Source: a virus
Lineage: Duplodnaviria > Caudoviricetes
Reading direction: 5' to 3' (one strand)
IMG/VR virus record: IMGVR_UViG_3300048888_000036
Span: 1 to 24,004 of that record
DNA: 24,004 nt
Below the pieces are notes generated by a model. The model did no database searches. It was given only the letters and a program-made list of their open reading frames with translations, and was not told where the DNA came from. How positions within the stretch are numbered: the stretch's first letter is position 1; the number at the start of each line of letters is the position of its first letter. Below are positions 1-6,559 of the stretch, in pieces. Both the position numbers and the translations under genes were made by a program.

Positions 1-63
1 GTCATCACCGTCCGCCACCAAAAAACCGGCCGTGTTTTTGGCTTAACCATGCGGGTTTGCGGG

Positions 64-417
64 TCAGATGTTGCCTGGGATCGTGACGAGAAGCGGCGAC
101 CCGTTCGGCGGTTCGGTGCCGGATTCGCTGCCCGCATGCGTTTTGACGGGGATGATCCAGCAGTCACCCGTGAGGGTGGGCCGTCCGGTTGATTGGTAGC
201 GGTGCCAGCTCGTGGCGGCGGTTTTCTGCTGCAGGTAGATGACGTTCTGGGGGGTGAGCCGCATGAGGTTGCCGGATCGGTCGGTGTTGTTGGAGTCGAG
301 GCGGTGGACGTAGAGCATGGTTGCTTGGCGGGGGTCGTCGTGGTTGACACCCATTTTCCCGGCTTGTGCGAAGGGGCCGGTGATTGCTGGTCTCTGCCAG
401 TTCCACTCAGCGTTCAC
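64..417 (-). CDS. Hypothetical protein (117 aa), resembles a beta-rich domain of phage fibre proteins
   Basis: GTG start 4 nt after the upstream stop at 422. The pattern GKMGVNHDD..ATMLYVHRLDSNNTD..IYLQQK..WIIPV is recalled from fibre C-terminal domains (not searched). Confidence 0.6.
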   Translation of the reverse strand: MNAEWNWQRPAITGPFAQAGKMGVNHDDPRQATMLYVHRLDSNNTDRSGNLMRLTPQNVIYLQQKTAATSWHRYQSTGRPTLTGDCWIIPVKTHAGSESGTEPPNGSPLLVTIPGNI

Positions 418-421
418 GGGT

Positions 422-511
422 TTAGCCGAAGCCGTTGAAGTAGGCGAGTGCGATGAAGATCGCGATGATGACCAACGCTATTTCGCCGATCGTGACGGTG
501 CGGTAGTTCAT
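422..511 (-). CDS. 29-aa single-TM membrane peptide
   Basis: MNYRTVTIGEIALVIIAIFIALAYFNGFG. GGAGG RBS upstream; ATGA overlap with the stop at 508. Confidence 0.75.
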   Translation of the reverse strand: MNYRTVTIGEIALVIIAIFIALAYFNGFG

Positions 512-732
512 CGGGCACCTCCCGTGTTCAGTGTGACGGGTCTGGGACACGCCATGTGAAATGCGTAGGCGGTGTTGGTGACGTGGTCGTAGTGGAACCA
601 GCAGGCCTGCCTCGAGATCACGACCGGCTTGCCGCAGGTGGTGCACGTCTTCGGCTCCCAACCGCCACGTGTGGCATGACTGCCCTTAGGTATGGAGCGG
701 TAGAAGCGGCTGATGTCATCGTCACGTCGCAC
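508..732 (-). CDS. Small Cys/His (zinc-binding) protein, 74 aa
   Basis: CTTC...HxxC motif. The GTG start overlaps the TAG of the upstream gene (TAGTG). Confidence 0.7.
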   Translation of the reverse strand: MRRDDDISRFYRSIPKGSHATRGGWEPKTCTTCGKPVVISRQACWFHYDHVTNTAYAFHMACPRPVTLNTGGAR

Positions 733-1292
733 TAGTGCAGCTCCTGCTGACGCGCCTCATCCCAGAGTTGGTAGCGATCGCCGGCGGCGAACCTCGCACC
801 GGTCAAATGCTCGAGCTCGTCGAGGCCTTCCTCGAACGCGTCACTGTCGGTGCCGTTCCAGTCGTGGGCGAACCTGTGGCCGGCCGCGAGCAGCTGTTTC
901 TGCGGTGACGACGACGCGCCTTCCACAGGCGAGGCGACGTCGTCACCGCTATTTGAGTTACGTAGTAACTCTGGGCTAGCGTTTTGATAGCGCTCTGCTA
1001 TCCGGTTGCTAGCAGTTATCTCAATGAAACCCGCATCACTGAGCGCTTCCAGTTGTGCGTATGCGACACGGCCGCCGAGTTGTCGCGACATGCTGGCGGC
1101 TCGCACGCGGATCGCTCGGCGACTCCTTGCGTACTCCAACCACAGCGTTATCAACAACCCGCGTTGGGCGAACGTGAGGTCGAGGAACGCCGAGTCAGAC
1201 ATCAACTCGGTGTAGACCTTGATCCACTTCGGCTGCCGGTTCTTGTAGTGCTGGAACCGCCGCCAGTTGGGAATCACGATCCACCCTTCCAT
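732..1292 (-). CDS. Phage replication initiator (lambda O/DnaD-like architecture)
   Basis: N-terminal IPNWRRFQHYK..PKWIKVYTELMSD..FLDL motif typical of phage replisome organisers, followed by a wHTH-like segment. Iteron-like repeats lie in the linker. Confidence 0.75.
   Translation of the reverse strand: MEGWIVIPNWRRFQHYKNRQPKWIKVYTELMSDSAFLDLTFAQRGLLITLWLEYARSRRAIRVRAASMSRQLGGRVAYAQLEALSDAGFIEITASNRIAERYQNASPELLRNSNSGDDVASPVEGASSSPQKQLLAAGHRFAHDWNGTDSDAFEEGLDELEHLTGARFAAGDRYQLWDEARQQELH
955..1018. promoter_or_regulatory. Candidate replication origin (iterons within the initiator gene)
   Basis: GCTAGC/GATAGC/GCTATC/GCTAGC at 975, 986, 997 and 1008 (exact 11-bp period). Adjacent palindrome GAGTTAC-gta-GTAACTC at 955-971; locally AT-rich. 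Confidence 0.65.
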
Positions 1293-1976
1293 CTATTCGT
1301 CGGGCGTATCAATCGGGTCAGCGAACTCCGCCAGTGCCTCTTCGACCTGCTGCTCGTGGGCTTGGCGCACCGAGGCGGGCGCCACGTATTTCGACTCCTC
1401 TTCTTCGACGGGGTCGTCGGCGTCGATGTAGTCGGCGTGAACGACGATCGGCTCGTTGGCGGGCCGGTTGAACTCGGACACTTCGTCGTCGAGGATCAGC
1501 CCCAAGGCGATGTGTGGGGCGTAGTCGACGATTACGTTCTTCGACGCTCTTGCCCAGCACATGCGGCCTGGGTGGGTCTGCCAGTTCGTCTTGTTCGCGA
1601 GCCCGGCTTTCTTGGCCATCTCGACGGTGAAGGTGGCGCGGCCGATCTCCTCCCCATCCTTCGACAGCACCGCTGTTGCTTTCGTTTCGTCGTCGTCGAC
1701 GCGTGTGATGCGGTAGCCGTCCCGCTGCGCCAGAGCGCGTAGCAGCTGGGCGCCGACGGAGAGGCGGCCGGCAATCACCGTCAACTCCGCAGCCGCGAGC
1801 GGCGGCAGGCCCAGCTCCTCCGCGTAGTACAGGCGGAGCGCGGCTGAGGCGCCCTTGGCTTTCTCGTTGTTGCCGCCGGACTCGGACAGCGCGAGCCAGG
1901 TGCCCAGCCGGGCGAGGTCGTCGAGGCGGCTCTCGCGAACCGCCGGCAGGGTGCTATTCACAGTGGTTTCGGCCAT
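1293..1976 (-). CDS. RecT-like single-strand annealing protein
   Basis: ELGLPPLAA..VIAGR....A.LLRALA...FTVEMAKKAGLANKTNWQTHPGRMCWARA pattern of actinophage RecT-like proteins; acidic tail. Confidence 0.8.
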   Translation of the reverse strand: MAETTVNSTLPAVRESRLDDLARLGTWLALSESGGNNEKAKGASAALRLYYAEELGLPPLAAAELTVIAGRLSVGAQLLRALAQRDGYRITRVDDDETKATAVLSKDGEEIGRATFTVEMAKKAGLANKTNWQTHPGRMCWARASKNVIVDYAPHIALGLILDDEVSEFNRPANEPIVVHADYIDADDPVEEEESKYVAPASVRQAHEQQVEEALAEFADPIDTPDE

Positions 1977-2390
1977 TCAGAACTCCACCTCCGTCGTTTC
2001 CGTCGTCGTCTCGGTGGTGGTCACCGACTCGGCGTCGTTGTCGTTGTCGTCCTGGTCGGGCTCGGCGGGCTGGTCGGGTTCTTGGACGGGCGGCACAGGC
2101 TGCGCCGGCGCCGTCGGCTGCGGATCAGGTGTTGCGGTAGACATCGGTTCCTCCTTGTAGAAGTCAGGGTTAGGGCTGCCCATTGCTGTCTGGGTCGCCG
2201 CGTACGCGAACGTGGTGGCGTCGACGCGGCGGTAGGTCGCACAGTTGACTTTCCGGGCGGGCGGCGGCCAGTGTTCGGCGGGGCCGTCGTCCCACTCCTC
2301 GAAATACCGTCCGCTGTCGGGATGCACCAACCTGCGCTCGCCGTCCAACGGGCCGCCCTGCAGGCGGACGGTTTGGCGTTCCATGCTCAC
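1977..2390 (-). CDS. Hypothetical protein (GGPLDG domain plus acidic Pro/Thr-rich tail; internal in-frame start at 2144)
   Basis: GTGA overlap start at 2390; VRLQGGPLDGERR motif. AAGGAGG at 2150-2156 precedes an in-frame ATG at 2144. Confidence 0.65.
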   Translation of the reverse strand: MSMERQTVRLQGGPLDGERRLVHPDSGRYFEEWDDGPAEHWPPPARKVNCATYRRVDATTFAYAATQTAMGSPNPDFYKEEPMSTATPDPQPTAPAQPVPPVQEPDQPAEPDQDDNDNDAESVTTTETTTETTEVEF

Positions 2391-2617
2391 CGGCGGCCTC
2401 CGGCCGCAAGAGCAGCGAGCCGCTGGATCTCCTCGCGTGTCTGTTCGGCGTGGTAGTCGCCCTCGTAGTGGCCCTGGCCGTCGTCGCCGCCGCTTGCCCG
2501 CCACGTTTCCGGGTCGGTCATCTGGAACAGGTGCTCGGCGAGGTACGTGGCGCGGGCCAGCGCGTTTTCGAGTTCCCGCACCCGGGCCGCCAGCACATCA
2601 CGCTCGTCGGTGCTCAC
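2387..2617 (-). CDS. Hypothetical coiled-coil protein (76 aa)
   Basis: GTGA-coupled start (MSTDERDVLAARVRELENALAR...). Confidence 0.65.
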   Translation of the reverse strand: MSTDERDVLAARVRELENALARATYLAEHLFQMTDPETWRASGGDDGQGHYEGDYHAEQTREEIQRLAALAAGGRR

Positions 2618-2679
2618 CGCAGCGCCCGCCACACCACCGCCAAAACGGCCAGCGCGAACACGAACAGCAACAACGTCAC
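2614..2679 (-). CDS. 21-aa hydrophobic micro-peptide
   Basis: MTLLLFVFALAVLAVVWRALR. GTGA overlaps at both ends exactly fill the gap between its neighbours. Confidence 0.6.
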   Translation of the reverse strand: MTLLLFVFALAVLAVVWRALR

Positions 2680-3368
2680 GCCGCCCTCGCCCGGATGTGC
2701 TGCAGCAGCTGGTGGCCGATCAGCTCCGTGTACGCCGGCGGGATCGCCTGCGTCAGTTCCTTCCACGTCATCCAGTCGATCCCCATCACCTCACGGGCGA
2801 GAGGGATCCCTTCAGCGACGGGCAGCCGGGCGTCATAGGTTCGCCCCTCGGTTCCATTTCGCCTCTGATACAGCGGCGAATTGTCACCGTAGATACCGAG
2901 TACGGGCCGTGAACCGTGGGCGCAGGGCGGCACCATCACCGGAAAGTTGGTCTCGAACAGACGGTGCCGCGCGATGTCGTATCGGCCGGCCCTGAGACCC
3001 ATCGAGGCGCCGCAGATCTTGACCGGGTCGATGAGCGGGGCACCGACGACGTTCTCGATCACGTACGGCAGCCCGGTAGCGATGAGCAGATCGCGTGTCG
3101 ACGCGACGAGATCCGGGTGCTCGCCCGCGTTCCACATGTGCTGCATGCTCGAGTGCGCCTGACAAGGCGGCGACGCATGGATCGTGTCCACGCGTCCGGC
3201 CTCCCAAAGGATGTCGTGCCAGTCCAAAAGCACGTCTGCACGCATGAACTGGAACGGGTAGTTCAGCTGCAGGACGATGTCGACGCCAATCACGTCGAAG
3301 CCGGCGCGGTGGTAGCCCATCGCCGCACCGCCGGCGCCGCAGAACAAATCCAGGATGCGCGGTCTCAC
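2676..3368 (-). CDS. DNA cytosine-C5 methyltransferase (230 aa)
   Basis: Motif I DLFCGAGG, IV SPPCQ, VI ENV, VIII RHRLFE, X QAIPP. The true start is the GTG at 3368, overlapping the upstream stop. Confidence 0.9.
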   Translation of the reverse strand: MRPRILDLFCGAGGAAMGYHRAGFDVIGVDIVLQLNYPFQFMRADVLLDWHDILWEAGRVDTIHASPPCQAHSSMQHMWNAGEHPDLVASTRDLLIATGLPYVIENVVGAPLIDPVKICGASMGLRAGRYDIARHRLFETNFPVMVPPCAHGSRPVLGIYGDNSPLYQRRNGTEGRTYDARLPVAEGIPLAREVMGIDWMTWKELTQAIPPAYTELIGHQLLQHIRARAA

Positions 3369-3838
3369 GGCTTGCACGACCAGGGCGACCAATCCCGGCC
3401 TGACGCGACGAAGTACCGGTACGCGGCCTGCGCCTGCCCGAGCGCGGTGCTCGAGTCGCCGTAGACGGCGCGTTCGTGTGCGCCCATCTGGAACAAACCT
3501 TGGTATTGGCCGTTGTGCGCCCGGGTCGACAGATGAGACTCGCACCGCGCCACATCGATCGCCTGGTCGGCGTAGGGGCCGAAGACGTAGCGGATCGCCG
3601 CCTCCGGCCCGGCCGGGGCTACTGCCGGCCGGGCTGCTTGGAGGCGGCGGCGCAGACGCAACACCATCCGGTGCTCTCGACGCCAACGAGCCGCCCACCT
3701 TTCGGGGCCGAGCCCGTCGAACCGAACCTGGTGCCCGCCCACAACCGTACGGTGATGCCCGTCGCCGTGGTTGACAGCGGCCGCCGGCACAGCACCAACC
3801 GGCACTAACGCGGCGAAGATGACGGCGCGGCGGGTCAT
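3365..3838 (-). CDS. Secreted lysozyme-fold lytic transglycosylase (Rpf/SLT-like)
   Basis: N-terminal signal peptide (MTRRAVIFAALVPVGAVPAAA). Catalytic-type VARCES, NGQYQGLFQM, Q...A and terminal WSPWSC. Confidence 0.85.
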   Translation of the reverse strand: MTRRAVIFAALVPVGAVPAAAVNHGDGHHRTVVGGHQVRFDGLGPERWAARWRREHRMVLRLRRRLQAARPAVAPAGPEAAIRYVFGPYADQAIDVARCESHLSTRAHNGQYQGLFQMGAHERAVYGDSSTALGQAQAAYRYFVASGRDWSPWSCKP

Positions 3839-3939
3839 TGGCGGTACCAGCCGCGGTAACCCAGCGCGTCCTGCACCATCATCCCGACCACCAGCCCGAT
3901 GGCCAACCCGAGCAGAAACATGATCGCCGCGAACGTCAC
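3835..3939 (-). CDS. 34-aa single-TM peptide
   Basis: MTFAAIMFLLGLAIGLVVGMMVQDALGYRGWYRQ; GTGA and ATGA overlaps on both sides. Confidence 0.7.
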   Translation of the reverse strand: MTFAAIMFLLGLAIGLVVGMMVQDALGYRGWYRQ

Positions 3940-4105
3940 CGGCGTCTCACCCGCAGATCACAGCCGTCGGGAAGCGACCCAACAGAGGGAGTGGCTCGCC
4001 CGCCAACCGGTGCAGGCGGGTTGGAGGAGTGTCCTTGCGGGTCGCTTCCGAACAGCTGAATGACGGGTTTCTCCGAATTACTCACCGTCGTCTCACCCGC
4101 AGATC
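3936..4105. repeat. 24-bp direct repeat pair (1 mismatch)
   Basis: tcaccg[g/t]cgtctcacccgcagatc at 3936-3959 and 4082-4105. Confidence 0.95.
3961..4058 (-). ncRNA. Candidate structured RNA element (overlaps a doubtful 49-aa ORF at 3936..4085)
   Basis: On the minus strand, 4058-4039 pairs with 3980-3961 at 19 of 20 positions including 2 G-U pairs. There is an internal CCAACC/GGTTGG hairpin. Confidence 0.5.
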
Positions 4106-4348
4106 CCGGTCGAACCGCAAACACGCCTGCTGCAAAGACCACAGACCGCCGGACAGGGTGTCGTCGTCCAAATCCGCGCAGACGGATTCCATGCCGGCGA
4201 GCAGTTCGGCGACGGCGGCGTTTTGGTGGTAGAGCGCGTCGATCAGGGGTTGGCGGCGCCGCACAGGATCGTCTCCCGTTACGGCCCGCAGGTCGTGGCC
4301 CACGGCGCCGCCCTTGTCCGGGGAGGATTGGCGTCCCGGACGATTCAT
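4082..4348 (-). CDS. Hypothetical protein (88 aa)
   Basis: ATGA-coupled start, helical composition; no family recognised. Confidence 0.6.
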   Translation of the reverse strand: MNRPGRQSSPDKGGAVGHDLRAVTGDDPVRRRQPLIDALYHQNAAVAELLAGMESVCADLDDDTLSGGLWSLQQACLRFDRDLRVRRR

Positions 4349-4521
4349 CGTCTACCCCGTACGAGCCTGGACTGCTGCAGGGCGGCGTCCTTGGTGGGGA
4401 ACGCCCACAGGGCGGTGCTGCCGCACACACCACACACCGTTGGGGGGTTCCAGACCGTCCACAAATGGCCGCAGCTGTCGCAGGCGATGTAGGGGCGGTC
4501 GGTACGCGGCCCGACGGTCAT
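4345..4521 (-). CDS. Zinc-ribbon protein (58 aa)
   Basis: CDSC...CGVC; ATGA-coupled start at 4521. Confidence 0.75.
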   Translation of the reverse strand: MTVGPRTDRPYIACDSCGHLWTVWNPPTVCGVCGSTALWAFPTKDAALQQSRLVRGRR

Positions 4522-4934
4522 CGCAACAGGTCCTCGATGGTCTTGACTTCGAGGTTCGCCTGCGCTCGCTCTCGCAGCGGCTTCTCGACCTTCTCGTACC
4601 ACCCCTCGATCGTCACGTCTTCGAGGAAACGGCGTGGCCGATAGCCGGTGACCTCGGTTGCTCCGAAGATGCGGTAAAGACCGTTCTCGAGCTCGACCAC
4701 CAACAGGCCAGGCAGATGCGCCCGGGCGGCGAGCGCCTGCGTCACATACCAGCCGTTCTGAGCGGCCTTCTCCGGTTTCCGCTCGACGATCATCAACGGC
4801 TCGCCGATGTTCGACAGATACGGCACCCAGAGCAGCCCGTCGAGGTCGACCATATGCGCGTCGCCTGGGCAGTTCTCGCGGTGCTCGCGTGAGAACCGCG
4901 ACTGTGGCTGACTGCTGTACCACTCCTCAGCCAT
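4518..4934 (-). CDS. PD-(D/E)xK-like nuclease-fold protein (138 aa)
   Basis: True start MAEEWY at 4934 with a GGAGG RBS, overlapping the MTase end. VDLDG...EPLMIVERK fits D...ExK. Confidence 0.55.
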   Translation of the reverse strand: MAEEWYSSQPQSRFSREHRENCPGDAHMVDLDGLLWVPYLSNIGEPLMIVERKPEKAAQNGWYVTQALAARAHLPGLLVVELENGLYRIFGATEVTGYRPRRFLEDVTIEGWYEKVEKPLRERAQANLEVKTIEDLLR

Positions 4935-5976
4935 CGAGCCTCCTCCGCGCGACGGCGACGGCGTCCGGGTCGATGTCGCAGCCGACGAAGCGGCGGCCGA
5001 GCGCGTGGCAGGCCACGCCAGTGGTGCCGGCACCCATGAACGGGTCGACGACGAGATCGCCGGGTTCGGTGAGGTGGTCGACGATGTCTGCCATCCCGGA
5101 TTCCGACTGGCCCCACCCGTCGATCTGGCCGGCCAGATCCTTCTCGGCGCGGTCTGACCGGTAGACGTCCTGCGTGATGAACCGCGTGTGCTCGCCGCGG
5201 TCGTAGACCAGCAGCGGCTTCCACTTCGTCCCGACACGGCTTGCGTGGATCCGTGCCGCGGGGCCGTCCATCACGTACGCGCACATCCAGCGGTAAACGA
5301 GGTGCTTCGACAGCCGCGTGAGACACGCCGGCAGGTGGAAGTGGCCGACCATCACGATCAGGGAGCCGTCCTCGGTCAGGAGCCGTGCGGCGAGCTCGCC
5401 GAGCGCGTCGATCTCCTCGAGCGCCGCATAAGGCGGGTCGGTCACGATCACGTCGACGGTGCCGGCGAGGTCGTCGAGCGCGGTGCGCAGGTCGCCGTGG
5501 CGGAGCTCGTAGTCGTACACGGGTTCGGGGGCGTCGCCGGCTTGCCGTTCGCGGGCGATCCGTTCGACGCGCTTCCGCAACCAGTTGATCGACGCCTTCT
5601 CGAACATCGACTCTCGGTTCGCCTGCAACGCCAGGTCGACGAACTCGAGCGCGTCGTGGTCGCGAAGCGACCGCCACTCCGCGACACGTTGCCGCGTCAA
5701 ACCAACATCGTTCAACGTCCGAACTTCGGACGTTGAACGATCACCGCCGTGGTCGGCAAGCTGGCCGGCATCGCGCAGCTCGTCGACGAGGTCGGCTCCG
5801 CGAAGCGCGTACTCGACGATCTTGCGAAGCGTGACAACCTGCGCACGCAGCTCAGCGCGGCCGCGGCGCTGGACGTCGAGGAGCGCCTGGTGGCGGCGGA
5901 TCTCGAGCTCGGCCTCCGCCGGATGCGTGATCTCCGCCGGCGGTAACGGCGCGTCGCGGACGACGACCTCGCTCAC
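4927..5976 (-). CDS. DNA N6-adenine/N4-cytosine methyltransferase (beta class) with a ~150-aa helical N-terminal extension
   Basis: TDPPY precedes VDPFMGAGTTG; GRRFVGCDID. Confidence 0.9.
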   Translation of the reverse strand: MSEVVVRDAPLPPAEITHPAEAELEIRRHQALLDVQRRGRAELRAQVVTLRKIVEYALRGADLVDELRDAGQLADHGGDRSTSEVRTLNDVGLTRQRVAEWRSLRDHDALEFVDLALQANRESMFEKASINWLRKRVERIARERQAGDAPEPVYDYELRHGDLRTALDDLAGTVDVIVTDPPYAALEEIDALGELAARLLTEDGSLIVMVGHFHLPACLTRLSKHLVYRWMCAYVMDGPAARIHASRVGTKWKPLLVYDRGEHTRFITQDVYRSDRAEKDLAGQIDGWGQSESGMADIVDHLTEPGDLVVDPFMGAGTTGVACHALGRRFVGCDIDPDAVAVARRRLDG

Positions 5977-6122
5977 CGGTACGCTCTCCCGGGCGTTTGC
6001 AGGGAGTTGGGCGGAACCCCCGCGAAACGGCCCGTTGGGCTATTTACGCCTTTCAAAGCGTTCCGGCGCCGCGCAACCCCGCACCGTTGAGCGAAACCAG
6101 TTGGGCGGCCAGTTGCCAACAT
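5973..6122 (-). CDS. Possible 49-aa ORF or regulatory spacer
   Basis: ATG 3 nt after the upstream TAA, and its TGA overlaps the MTase GTG. Codon usage is atypical and the segment is repeat-rich. Confidence 0.3.
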   Translation of the reverse strand: MLATGRPTGFAQRCGVARRRNALKGVNSPTGRFAGVPPNSLQTPGRAYR

Positions 6123-6125
6123 CGC

Positions 6126-6407
6126 TTACGACGCAGCCTCTCCGGACTTGAAGTCGTCGGGCTCGAGCGTTGTGTCGACGACCACGGGCGTTCCATCCGG
6201 CCAGGTTTCGACGTCCTCGTCGAAGTCGTGCTCAACGCGAAGGTGAACGATCAGGTCGGCGGCAGCGACACGCTCGCCGCACAGGCCGCAGATACCGATC
6301 GGCCCTTTCATCGTCGCGCTATGAACGGGGCAGTTGCCAAGCAAGGTGTTCTCGTTCGGACAGATACATCCGGCGGGTTGCCTTTTTCTAGTGTTCGAAT
6401 CCGTCAA
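6126..6407 (-). CDS. Zinc-finger protein (93 aa; alternative start at 6311)
   Basis: TTGA-coupled start; CIC...CPVH and C2H2-like CGLC...HLRVEH. Confidence 0.65.
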   Translation of the reverse strand: MTDSNTRKRQPAGCICPNENTLLGNCPVHSATMKGPIGICGLCGERVAAADLIVHLRVEHDFDEDVETWPDGTPVVVDTTLEPDDFKSGEAAS

Positions 6408-6559
6408 GACGCGCCCCGTAGGTGCGCGACCCAACAGGTGAGGCAGATGCATCGGTACTCGCACTTGCGCTGGATGATCCAACCTGCGTGATCGATGCGG
6501 GCCTGGTGTTCATCCCTGGCTGGCAGCCGTTTACTGGGGTTCGAGTCCAGAAGTCTCAT
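6404..6559 (-). CDS. Cys-rich small protein (51 aa)
   Basis: ATGA overlap with the recombinase stop; CEYRCICLTC. Confidence 0.55.
   Translation of the reverse strand: MRLLDSNPSKRLPARDEHQARIDHAGWIIQRKCEYRCICLTCWVAHLRGAS

Noticed and set aside
3936-4105. Direct repeats as a mini-CRISPR array
   Set aside because: Only two copies, a 122-bp spacer, no cas genes, and the repeats coincide with gene boundaries.
6391-6550. T-loop-like strings GTTCGAATCC (6393) and GGTTCGAGTCC (6538), suggesting a tRNA or tRNA-derived attP
   Set aside because: Neither forms a 5-bp T-stem, an acceptor stem or a cloverleaf; both lie inside coupled small ORFs.
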